A stretch of 62,751 nt of DNA, the filler included, from Chiloscyllium plagiosum (lineage: Eukaryota): the NCBI RefSeq assembly GCF_004010195.1. It is 4 parts of 2 records of this genome, joined end to end, with 100 filler letters (N's around TTAATTAATTAA, not from the genome) between each part and the next. Parts side by side here need not be neighbours in the genome. Positions count along the whole stretch, not along the records: positions 31,579 to 58,272 come from NC_057715.1; positions 58,373 to 61,133 come from NC_057715.1; 2 more parts are not named here. One strand, given 5' to 3'. Below are positions 49,681-61,233 of this stretch, piece by piece (position 1 is the first letter of the stretch; every line of letters starts with the position of its first letter). The position numbers and the translations under genes were made by a program. Under the pieces are notes generated by a model. The model searched no databases. It was not told where the DNA came from and saw only the letters and a program-made list of their open reading frames with translations.

Positions 49681-50259
49681 CTTTCCTCAGACCCTGATTG
49701 ATTTTTCACTTATTGTTGCTTCTTTGTCATTGTTGTTACGGTACAACATTTGGTAATGTGGACGGCAGGATATTTTTCTTCGGCAATATTAGTGTAACAA
49801 GTTCAGAGTTTGGAAAAAAAAACTTTCTAATTGCATGACTTGTGGAAAATTCTGGCCTCAAATTGCATTGCAACCAAAGCAAGTAAAATTCTTACTAAAT
49901 AAAGTGCGAACATCTGCCGGGCTCTGTTAATTCAATGTTATTATAGTTACGCAGTTCTTACTTGAGGCTTTTCCCTGCCAGAGCGATATTCTGTAAGTAT
50001 AAAGCTGAAAAATATTTCCTATTTATCAGGTCTTTCATCATATTAAAGAGCCTTCAGGCCAACCTATACCCAACAACCTGCTCCGAATACTCTGCTCACA
50101 CTTTGACAGCTGTTGCAAAAGACACCACACTGGCTGAGAAAATTATCAAATTCTAAAACAATCAGCAACGTTCTTAATGAAACAATTGCTGTGCCTCACT
50201 GGGGTATTATTGGAAAAGCAAGAACACTATTCAGAGAGACTGAACTAGTTAAAAGATTT

Positions 50260-50581
50260 TGGGCGGCACAGTGGCACAGTTGTTAGCACTGCTGCCTCAC
50301 AGCGCCAGAGATCCGAGTTCAATTCCTATCTCGGTCAACTGTCTGTGTGGAGTTTCCACATTCTCCCCGTGTCTGCGTGGGTTTCCTCTGGGTGCTCTAG
50401 TTTCCTCCCACAGTCCAAAAATGTGCAGGTTAGGTGAATTGGCCATGCTAAATTGCCTGTAGTGTTAGGTGAAGGGGTAAATGTAGGAGAATGGGTCTGG
50501 GTGGGCTGCTCTTCGGAGGGTTGGTGTGGACTTGTTGGGCCGAAGGGCCTGTTTCCATACAGTAAGCAATCTAATCTAATT
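50260..50581 (+). mobile_element. HE1-type V-SINE, near full length
   Basis: gggcggcacagtggcacagttgttagcactgctgcctcacagcgccag...aatctaatctaat. Confidence 0.95.
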
Positions 50582-50759
50582 TAAGAAAGTATGCAGAATT
50601 CCCCAATTTACCTATCTTTCAGACGCAAGTTGACAAAAGCACTCTGTTGTGTTACCCTGATGCACTTGTATAGTACAATCTGCCTGTAAAGCATGCAAGA
50701 CAATAATTTTACTGTATCTCAGTACATGTGACACTAATAAATCACATCAAATCATAAAA

Positions 50760-51548
50760 AGAATGGATCAGGTTTCTGGATTTAACGCCAATTGCTATTT
50801 ATTACAAATTAGCATATTCTAGCTAAAGATAAACAATTACAAATCATCAACATAAAGTTCTACTGGTTAAAATTCAAACTCCCTTATAAAGTCTACACAG
50901 ACATACGATGAACTCAAAAAATGGGTGTTATGGATGGAGGGAAAGGCCGGGAACGTAGTTCTGTAGTCCCTGTCTGTCGGCTTGCTGGCGGGATCTTTTT
51001 GCTGATTACAGCACGGTTTCTTGATCTTCCTTCTCCAGGTACTTTCGTCTGTTGGCAGGAATGACTGGTTCCCACTTATAAAGGTCTTTGACTTATCAAT
51101 CAAAAGTCATTGCTTACAGCAACTGCAAGAGGGAAACAAATGGGTCTCCTCAGGCATGAGATAGTTTTTACTGCAGAGCGAAAACAATTTTTCTGCCTGA
51201 GATCCAGTGATTTCTGTCAAAATGTTCACATCCTTAAGCTGTTCAACTACTGAGGAACCTATCATATAGTTGTTGGCAGGCAGAAAGCCTTTGCATTGAT
51301 ACCTGGCACAGACCAATCAGTTACTGCCTGCCAAAGCTCCATTGGTATACCCACCTTGCCTCCAGCCAGGACTAGTTTCCACTTCTGCTTGAACATGCAG
51401 CTGTGTAAACACTACTTACAAGGAGTATCAGTTGCTTGCTTTCAAAAAGTACTACAATCTTTTAAACATGCTTGGATTTTAAAACAGCTTTTTTTTCATT
51501 TTAGTCTACATTCAATAATATAGAAAAATAAAAAGGCACAGTCTTTAC
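50760..51548 (-). mobile_element. LTR-like segment
   Basis: Minus strand starts TGTAAAGAC; reversed AATAAA near 50800; no TSD resolved. Confidence 0.35.
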
Positions 51549-52275
51549 ACAGCCCAGTCTATTTTTAAATACAAGGTCAATTTTCTCTATCTCCCAATGT
51601 TGCCGGCATGGTCATTGGACTCATTTTTTGTTATTCCCTTATGGAATGTGGACATCACTGACTGACCAACATTTATTGCCCATCCCTAGTTATCCTTGAG
51701 AAGGGGATGGTGAGCTACCTTCTTGAACCACTGCAGACCATGTGCTATAGGTTGACCCAAAATGCTCTTAGGGAGAGTATTTCAGGATTTTGACCCAGCA
51801 ACTGTGAAGGAAAGGCAATATGTTTCCAAATCAGGATGGTGAGTGGCTTGGAGGGAAGCATAAAGGTGGTAGTGTTCCCCAGGATGCTAGGGTCCATATC
51901 TGGATCAAAATCGAATCAGTTCTTCCGTGGGCTACACCCTTTCTGTGTGTCAAGTTTCTTTGAAATCTAACCATTAATTTTTGATATCACATTGAAAGAA
52001 TGGAAGCCTAGCAGGAGAAAATACATGGCAAATGCTTAAGTCTGCATTTGATGGCGAGTTAGCACAAATTTTGTTTCCATTGTCTCATTTGCCATACAGA
52101 GTAGGAACTGGCAACAGTGCTCCAGCAGCACTGGACAATGAGAAGAGCCAACAAATGAGCCAAAGGATTGTCTATGAGGTGTCATAGTCAGTGGGATGTG
52201 CTGTCAGGTCTGGCCACTTCTTTACATGGCCCGTTCATCTCTCTATCAGATAAAAAATGTCATATGTGTAATGAT

Positions 52276-52496
52276 TGTAACAAGGTCAGCCAGGTGGATC
52301 TCACAGAATATGGGTTCCTTGATTGGGACTGTTAACCTGATTCAATCAGGGAGCAATGGCTGACAGATAAGAACAGAAGTGTCAGACATCCTCACACTCA
52401 GTGCTGACCCTGAGGGAGCTGGATCAGTGCTAACTTTCCGCATATAAATAAAGAGTGACTTAGTGATGGGATATCGGCCTCTCTGGAGTTTCCTCA
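52276..52496 (+). mobile_element. Solo LTR, probably Gypsy-type
   Basis: TGT...CA termini, CCAAT-like box, aaataaa signal near 52446; ~220 bp. Confidence 0.65.
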
Positions 52497-53219
52497 ATAT
52501 GCACCAAGAGGTTCTTCTGTTTTTCCAATATAATTCTCCTCAGGTAAGTCAAAGAAAGCAAAATATTGGAGAACTTTTGGTCTGAGTTACTTCAAGTTCC
52601 TCATCTAAATAAGGATTAGAATTAGTCTAAATAAGGATTAGAATCAGAGCAGGATTGGTGGGCCAAAGGGCCTGTTCCTATCGTGCATTGTACACATTAA
52701 GTTCCACAAATAACTTTTTTAAAAACCTTGCTGGAAAAAGGCCCACCCTCAAAATAATTCACATCCTGGATAAAATTAACTTCTCTCACGAATGAAACTA
52801 GTAACTGGTTCCAGTTTTCTTTAGAATTTTTTGCCAGTCATAATCAGTGATTTATAATGAGGTCACTCAGGACTGTTGTTAACAACTCTTATTAAAGTGA
52901 TCTTTTTTGTGAAAAACCTATTTTCAGCTGAATTGATAACACTGCACAAGTTACGACTCTTAAAGACACTATTTCTTAAAGTGCAGAAACCAACTATGTT
53001 CTTTAATGTTCCACTGGGTGATGGAGGATTATACGACTAAGTTTAAGCAGAAATTTAAATTGCATCTTTACTCTGGGAAACCAGTGTAATTTCAGGTGCT
53101 ATGCATACTCAGATTGCTAATTGCTGTCAACTCCCCCCAGTTGCTCATATGTGAGGTTGTTGTGAGGGTGGAAGGGCTGAAGGGAATGTTTGGTATTGTG
53201 CTTAAAGTTTTGAGACCAT

Positions 53220-53410
53220 TTGCAGCTCAGGTTGAGGTTCTGGATGTAGGATTGCTTGCTGTGCTGGAAGGTTCATTTCCAGACGTTTCATCCCCCTACT
53301 AGGTAACATCTTCAGTGGGCCTCCATTAAAAAGCTGGAAGATGTTACCTAGTAGGGTGATGAAACATCTGGAAATGGACCTTCCAGCTCAGCGAGCAATC
53401 CTACATCCAT
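53220..53410. mobile_element. Palindromic mini-PLE (Poseidon-type family of 22770)
   Basis: Inverted arms ~53242-53313 and ~53335-53409; near-intact minus-strand hammerhead at 53282-53315. Confidence 0.85.
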
Positions 53411-55016
53411 TGTGTTTAAACTTAAGGACCATTCTGAAACAGACGGAGGAGTTGCCCAGTAAGAGGGAGCTGTGATAATCATTGGCTTGTGGTGGAAGAG
53501 CAGCCCCATTGGTTGACAGTTTTGCTTGAGCCTGAACCTGTAGAGTTGAGATGCAAAGTTAGAAATGTCAGTGATAAAGATATTAAAGGCACAATGAAAT
53601 GCATTATTGAGTAAATCAATAATGGCAATTAATTCACAGCTGGTGGAGCACCAGTAATGTAGTGTATACTGGGAGGAAAAGTTCCAAGGTGTTGGATTTA
53701 ATGAAGCCAAAATGAACAAAACAAGTTGGAAAAGGGAGACTGATAGTAATCTTGGAAATTGCCTGGCTCTTTCATGAAAATGTTGCATGTAATACAACTA
53801 TTACACAGTGGGGTTGAAATTTGTGATTGTTTATTGGGGAGATAGTGAGATACAAGCAGTGTTCCTTTCCTTCCTGAATATCATCTCTTCTGTCAAACCT
53901 TCCAGCACTGTGGATGTCTGTCCTGTTTTCTGTTAAATACCTTTTAGTTATGGAAATATGGAAATTATGGATGAGAGGATGTCTAAGATATGTTTTCGCA
54001 AAGCTTCCAAATTTCTCAAATGGTTGAATTGGTAAACGTCATGCACTGCGCACATAACATTTTGCTTCCATGAAATTGCAGTTTAGTCCTGGCTTTATTC
54101 TGTTTCATTTGGTATGTATTTCATTTGTGAATACTGAGGATAATGAACAATCTGTTTATTATTTGCATATCCATATTGAAGAATAAAGTGTTCAAATGTC
54201 ACATGATATCAGCACAAACATGCATAAGTACTTTCTGTGAAATTTCATTTTGGCTATTACAATAAAGTGGAGCTTTGCTTTTTCATTTATTATAATATTT
54301 TCTACTATTTATTTATAAAATCACTGCATTTTATTATTAAAATGTACATAAAATGATTTAATTCCATTGCTAGAAACCCCATTCCTCAATTGCACATACT
54401 TGTGTGCAGCACCTTTCCCTGCACTAAGGCTGAGATTAATCTGTATTTGTTCTCACATTTTAAATGGATTAATACTGCCATTTTAAAAAAATCAAATAAA
54501 CGAATTTCAAATGAATGTACTAACTGTGGACAAGCTAATACATACAATATTGTAATTTCAAGAATAATGTCTATAAGAAAAATATTTTTCATGATATGTA
54601 AAAAAATCACCTTTAGGAAGTTATTCATGGCTACAAAATCTTCTTGGATTTAATGAAGTTTGCTTTTTTGCACATATTTTTCTAATTTTTAGACTGAATG
54701 AATATTTTGGTTAGGAAATTAGGGCATCATGACATGCTGGAAAAACACTGGAGGAGCAAGGAAAATGGTGACTAAAGCTACATTACCGGAATTTGCTGGT
54801 ACAGGGTGAGAAGGACTTGTGTAGCAGGTCAGGTGATGCAGAGCCAAGAGTAAGGAACAGGAGAATGGATCATTTTAATGATGAGAGTGATGGCAGCAGA
54901 CCACAGTTATTATGGAAGCCCTTGGAAGTATGTGGGGTGGGGTCACTGGCAGTTTGGCTCAGTAAACCTTCTAGATTTGTAGGGCTGATTACCATTCTCT
55001 CCTCCCCTCAAACAAT

Positions 55017-55348
55017 GGGCAGCACGGTGGCGCAGTGGTTAGCACTGCTGCCTCACAGCGCCAGGGACCTGGGCTGAATTCCCGCCTTGGGCGACTTTCT
55101 GTATGAGTTTGTACATTCTCCCCATGTCTGCGTGGGTTTCCTCTGGGTCTTCCAGTTTCCCCCCACAATCCAAAGATGTGCAGGTTAGATGAATTGGCCA
55201 TCCTAAATTGCCCATAGTGTTAAGTGCATTAGTCAGGGGTAAAATGTAGGGAAATGTAAAATAAGTCTGGGTGAGTTACTCTTCTGATGGTCGGTGTGGA
55301 CCTGTTAGGCTGATGGGCCTTGTTCCACACTGTAGGGAATCTAATCAA
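55017..55348 (+). mobile_element. HE1-type V-SINE
   Basis: gggcagcacggtggcgcagtggttagcactgctgcctcacagcgccaggg head; V-domain; tail. Confidence 0.95.
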
Positions 55349-55359
55349 ATGCTTATTCA

Positions 55360-55820
55360 CTGACCGAACAATTCCAGAATAAAGAGTTTGAGATCCATAT
55401 TTTCACAACCTCTTATCAAGATTTCACTTGCACCCTTCCTTGAAAAGATGTCATGGTCCCCACCTTCAACTAATCTTTGTGGCAAAGCTTTCTCAGTTTC
55501 AACAGCTCTCTGCGTGAAGAAATTATACCTACGCTTCTCTCTGCACTTAGCTAAGTGGATGACACTTCGCTGCTGAGCCACTAACCAAAGGAAGTAGTCT
55601 TTCCTATTCACTCTCTAAAAATCCTCCATCATTCTAAGAGCATCTATTAAATCTGCTCAGCCACCTATGTGTGTGTGGATGTTGTCCCAGTCTGTCAAAT
55701 CTATCCCCATGTGGTTTGTCGCTCTTGTCATCATTTTGGTTATTCTTTGCTGTACACGCTTGACTGCTTTTTAAATCATTTTCTTAAAATGTTGCCCACA
55801 ACTGCACATTGTCAACAATG
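55360..55820 (-). mobile_element. Decayed CR1 3' fragment
   Basis: RRYNFFTQRAVETEKALP remnant. Confidence 0.65.
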
Positions 55821-56210
55821 TCAGGAAGTTAATTACAACTTTGAGTTGCCATGTGGAAATTGTGGAGATGGTCCTGTTCTTTTCTATTTTGACATCTTAG
55901 GTCTTCCTGTCTCTCACTGACAAGCAAATCTTTATCATCAGCCTTATTTGGGCCAACAGTACTTCTGTCGGTCCTCCTAATAACATGCGATCTCCAACTA
56001 GCTGATCTTACCTGACAGTTTCAACTTCTGTTTGAATTGCAAGCAGTTCCTTGTCTAATAATTGTCATCAATCAAGGGTTCATTGGTCCTTCTCAATTTT
56101 TCATTTAATGTTTTCACACCATTTACCAATTTACAGCCTTAACCATATGGCATGCTTATTGTCTGAGGCCAAAGAATATCACGTGAAATAATCAAAAGAA
56201 ACACAAATAT

Positions 56211-57790
56211 AGGGCTGAATCTTATGTTTTCTGGTTACATGCCATTTGCACCGAGTTATTTGGAGGTTTCTGGGCGTGAGGCCTGCAGAGATTTCACGCT
56301 ATACCTGACTAGACCTACCTCATTAATTATCTGTCCGATCTCTATGTTGACCCCCTTTTCTGATTCTAGCCCTATCTTACCATGTGCACCCAGAACCAAT
56401 CGCTTCTCCATGGATATCCACCGAAAAACTGGAATACCTTGGGATCGCGCCATCTTTAAAAGCCCCTGTGCTCCCAGACAAACGTTGGCAATCTGGTGAT
56501 TCACCTCACCAAGAGCTTAATGGCACAGCAGCCACAAAGCCACATCACCCTCAGCATGTAACTGGCATAGCTGACACTTCTCCATGCATACAACTCTGTC
56601 CTCTCCCTCAGCCAGCAAAAAGGAAAGCAAAGAAAATGATCAGAGGCAGCCGTTCACCCCCACAATGCAAACACAATGCTGGCATCATGACTAATTTGTA
56701 ATCTACAGGCCATGATGATCTGCTGCAGCCAGCTCTCACTTTATGGAACCAGATGTTAGTCTGATCGTGCCTGGTTGTAGTGCCTGATGCGGCTAAGCTG
56801 TGTCATGGGTAAGGAGATTGTCCTTCTCCCCATTGTATTCCATATCCTCATCAGAAAACTTCTCCCATTCCTCCAGTTCCTCAGGATCTATCACATCCCC
56901 ATGTTGCTTGCTCCGGTGGTGCAGTTGCCAGATTGCGAGGGCACATTCTGTCTCGACTATACTGAAGGGCCCTGCCCAGACAGCCTCAAACTACAGGATT
57001 GCATCTTCAGGAGTCCTACTGGAGACTTCACCATGGACTTGGTCACAACGTGTGTACCAAATTGGTGAAGGTGCTATGCCAGCTGAGTGACCAATGCATT
57101 ATATCAAAAGGGAGTAGCTCCACTCTCCGATCCCCTTCCCATCCCAGACCCATATCGCCTCTTCCACTTTCCATTGTGCCCATTAGAGTCCATTGGCATA
57201 GTTGCATGGCATATGATGCAGCAATGTTCCCTTCCTTCCACACTGTCTCAAATGTTTCACAAGAGATGGGACACTTTTCGCCAGCATTAGCCTTTTAAAT
57301 CATTGCCATTGCTAACTGAGGTATCCATATCTGAGTTACAAGGACCAACAGCATGGTGCAATCACCCTTGAGGAGAATTTGGAGGCGCAAAACTTTTACT
57401 CTGCAAGCATTGCGACTGGGCAACAAAGTGATTACAAACACCCACTTCATGTTGCTGCCCATTCTCAATGCCCTAGAATTGTGCACATGCAGGTCTCACG
57501 CTTTCAGACTGACACTGATTCTGCCAATTGGACAAGGTCAGAGGTCAGCTCATTGATTGCTGAGGGACTGTTCCAGCTATTCCCAGTTGCATCTAGCATT
57601 TAGAAAGCAGTGATTGATGGTAGTGAACACAGCTCACAGTGAGCATCATCAGTCTTGGGCTCCTCCTGGTAACCGGCTACCCATATCTCATGCCCCCTTT
57701 CATCTTGCAGTAGCCTGACAGTTCATTTCCACTCATTCCCCTCCATGCTAAGACCCACCATTGAACATTGCCTCCAACTCCTCTGTGTCC
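56211..57790 (+). mobile_element. Decayed PIF/Harbinger DNA transposon (HARBI1-like DDE nuclease remnant)
   Basis: Left end gggctgaatctt; collinear fragments FRSPTGDF (GSFQ.STGD), VTNALYQK, GAI, NFYS..Q.DYK..LHVAAH, GYP, HAKT..TIE. Confidence 0.55.
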
Positions 57791-58114
57791 CGTGAACTCC
57801 ATACATTATACACATAAGGGTACACCCGTTACACCATAGTGATGGCCACCCTGCTCTTTTATGTGTCACCCCACACCCCGCACCCCCGTGAACCCCACAA
57901 CGGTGGTTGCTGCCAATAAACCCACCTCATCCAACCCACAATGCCTCCCTCCACTATTCTGCCTAACCTTCCAAACACCTTACATTTTCCTCATCACCAT
58001 TCTTGTCCCTATCGCTGCAGACGACTCAGTTTCCACTCACCCCATTCCAGCCTTGATAGCCCCACTTACCCAACAGGACCCTCTTTGAGGACAAAAGTCA
58101 CACCAGATTTCTGA

Positions 58115-58555
58115 CCAACTGCCATACAGAACCTCATCACTTCAGGAGATCTCCCACCCACAGCTTCCAACCTCATAGTCCGGGAACCCCTCACTGCCCG
58201 GTTCTACCTCCTTCCCAAGATCCACAAGGCTGACCACCCTGGCCGACCCATTGTCTCAGCATGCTCCTGCCCNNNNNNNNNNNNNNNNNNNNNNNNNNNN
58301 NNNNNNNNNNNNNNNNTTAATTAATTAANNNNNNNNNNNNNNNNNNNNNNNNNNNNNNNNNNNNNNNNNNNNCCCCCACTCACCTATTGTACTCTATGCT
58401 ACTTTCTCCCCACCCCCACCCTCCTCTAGCTTATCTCTCCATGCTCCAGGTCACTGCCTTTATTTCTGAAGGGGTTTTGCCTGAAACATCGATTTCGAAG
58501 CTCCTTGGATGCTGCCTGAACTGCTGTGCTCTTCCAGCACCACTAATCCTGCACC
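58115..58555 (+). mobile_element. PLE spanning a spacer gap (RT start on the left, pLTR on the right)
   Basis: NLITSGDLPPTASNLIVREPLTARFYLLPKIHKADHPGRPIVSACSC, with the PLE RT PKIHK...RPIVS motif. Confidence 0.9.
58273..58372. other. Artificial scaffold spacer N44-TTAATTAATTAA-N44
   Basis: Exactly 100 bp. Confidence 0.97.
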
Positions 58556-59344
58556 ACTAATCCTGAACAATTAGTGTCAACTGCTCTTCTCTTTAGAAAG
58601 AATCCAGAAACAAGAAACTCTGATCAGAAGAACTTGGGAAGCAAAAGCGACATGGAATCCTGTGGACAGGTGCCTTTCTCTTGTTGTCTTTTCTCCACCT
58701 ATAAGATTGTTAGTTTTTCTGTGTGTGAGAGAGAAGTAGTTTAAGAATGGGATTAGAGTTTCATTGAGTTAAGTTATATATTGACAACTACAAACAAAAT
58801 TATGAAGAGTTGACATCTTTGTAATCATTGGTAGTTTGTTGTTAATTATAGAAACTTGGTTAGCATTTTCTGTTGACCAGAGTTCATTGATTAGGCAAGT
58901 TGAGGACTCAGTGATTTGATTGAATCGTTAACTTCCGTGATGACCCTTTGAGTAGTGGGGCTGGAATTTTTGTGCACTTTCTTAAGTCGGTTGTGACAAA
59001 CTGTCAGCTTGCCTGTACATCAGCAGCGATTAGACTGAAGTAGTAGGTAATCTGTTGTGGAACTAAGTTATTTTGTCTGGAGGTTAGGAAGAGCTAAATA
59101 GCATTACAGTAATTTGCTCCTACACTGCAACAAGTTCTTTTCCTACACAAATAAGCTCATTTGCACATGTGCCATTCAACTCAGGTAGTTTAATTTCTTC
59201 CATACGGCAGGACTAAATGTGTATTAGAAATGCACTGAATATTTATAAAGACTGTGTAAAAGCAACTTCTAATTTTTTATTAAAACCACTGGATGGCTAA
59301 TACCTGTAAACATACTGACATCTCAAACCTCAGCATTTATTACA

Positions 59345-59775
59345 AAGAACAAAACAGCATACGAACAGGCCCTTCAGCCCTCCAAGCCTCCATGGACATA
59401 TTTTACCTTCCCCCATTACAAATGTTTTCACTTATAGGATTGGTTTCTCTATTCCTTTGCTATTCATGTATTTGCTCAGGTGATTCTTGAATGCTGTTAT
59501 GGGGTTTGCTTCCACAACCTTTAGCAATGTGTTCCAGGCACTCACTATCCTTTGTGTGAAAAACTTGCCTCGCACATCTCTTTTAAACTTCCCCATCCCA
59601 TTGCACTTTGAACATATATTCCCTCATAACTGACCTGTTCACCCTGGGGAAAATGCCTAATACTTTCCACTCATGCCATTTACAATTTTAGAAGCTTATA
59701 TCAGGCTGCTCCTCAACCTCCACTCTTTCCAACTTTTCTTTATTGCTAAAATACCCCATACCAGGTAACATCACA
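59345..59775 (-). mobile_element. CR1 3' fragment, decayed
   Basis: aacaggcccttcagccc...ttccaggcactcactatcctttgtgtgaaaaacttgcc. Confidence 0.75.
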
Positions 59776-60476
59776 AAGTACACAAAGTTACGTAAAGTAT
59801 AAAAGGACTTAAAGTGCATCAGGGTGTGCTTGAGAATTTACATTATTTGCAGGAATTTTGAAAGTTATAGAAGCACTGGCTTTAATGTGAGGTTATAAAG
59901 TGCATTTGTGAAGTCAACAAACAACAGGAGTTAAATTTATAAAATGTGTCTCCATGCAATATGTATGCAAACTAGGTCAGATTAAGATAAGGAGGCAAGG
60001 TTGGTATAGGCATGAGTACTGTATGCAAAAATATGCTGAAGTGTATACTCTAAAATAAAATAATAGATGTTTGCAAAATCATCCAAACTAAAGTTTGTAC
60101 AAACCTTTGAAACCATATCCTAAAAACAGATACAGTCAGTTCTGATACAACACGATAGTTCAGTTCTTTTACGATCTCATGTTGTAAGAAAATTGCACAA
60201 TAACCGTGCCACTTAAACCAATGGGGCTATGTATTGAATCGGCTGAAGGGTTATAAGTTAATGATATCCTTCAACAGCTGCATGAGAAAATAGATTGTAT
60301 AGGATGGACTGAAGGGCTAAAAATTATTGATGATACTTGACAAGCTGTATGACCTTGAATGAGTCCTGTGAACATTCCTTTACAGGCTGAAGATGGCAGC
60401 TGCATTGTCTATACTAGCCAGCAGTTTTGTCTTCTGTAGCTGTTTTTTGTGCTTTGCTGCTTGTTACACTGTATAA

Positions 60477-61133
60477 GTGAGAGAGAGAGAGAGAGAGAGA
60501 AAAAGAGAGAGAGAGAGAGAAAAAGAAGGAGAGAGAGAGAAAAAGAGAGAGAGAGAGAGAAAAAGAGAGAGAGAGAGAGAAAAAGAGAGAGAGAGAGAGA
60601 AAAAGAGAGAGAGAGAGAGAAAAAGAGAGAGAGAGAGAGAAAAAGAGAGAGAGAGAGAGAAAAAGAGAGAGAGAGAGAGAAAAAGAGAGAGAGAGAGAGA
60701 AAAAGAGAGAGAGAGAGAGAAAAAGAGAGAGAGAGAGAGAAAAAGAGAGAGAGAGAGAGAAAAAGAGAGAGAGAGAGAGAAAAAGAGAGAGAGAGAGAGA
60801 AAAAGAGAGAGAGAGAGAGAAAAAGAGAGAGAGAGAGAGAAAAAGAGAGAGAGAGAGAGAAAAAGAGAGAGAGAGAGAGAAAAAGAGAGAGAGAGAGAGA
60901 AAAAGAGAGAGAGAGAGAGAAAAAGAGAGAGAGAGAGAGAAAAAGAGAGAGAGAGAGAGAAAAAGAGAGAGAGAGAGAGAAAAAGAGAGAGAGAGAGAGA
61001 AAAAGAGAGAGAGAGAGAGAAAAAGAGAGAGAGAGAGAGAAAAAGAGAGAGAGAGAGAGAAAAAGAGAGAGAGAGAGAGAAAAAGAGAGAGAGAGAGAGA
61101 AAAAGAGAGAGAGAGAGAGAAAAAGAGAGAGAG
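60477..61133 (+). repeat. Polypurine tandem array, 20-bp unit AAAAGAGAGAGAGAGAGAGA
   Basis: About 32 near-perfect units running into a gap. Confidence 0.97.
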
Positions 61134-61233
61134 NNNNNNNNNNNNNNNNNNNNNNNNNNNNNNNNNNNNNNNNNNNNTTAATTAATTAANNNNNNNNNNN
61201 NNNNNNNNNNNNNNNNNNNNNNNNNNNNNNNNN
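61134..61233. other. Artificial scaffold spacer N44-TTAATTAATTAA-N44
   Basis: Exactly 100 bp. Confidence 0.97.

Noticed and set aside
50260..50335. tRNA gene (also at other SINE heads)
   Set aside because: tRNA-derived HE1 SINE heads that continue into the V-domain; not standalone tRNAs
52604..52645. 22-bp tandem duplication (tctaaataaggattagaat..); similar short ones at ~48472 and ~58537
   Set aside because: Ordinary slippage duplications at repeat edges
58560..58998. LTR-like segment ending in TGTGACA
   Set aside because: No matching 5' TG end or TSD identified
60449..61189. 246-aa and 234-aa R/E/K-rich ORFs
   Set aside because: Translation of the GA array, which cannot contain stop codons; both run into an N gap
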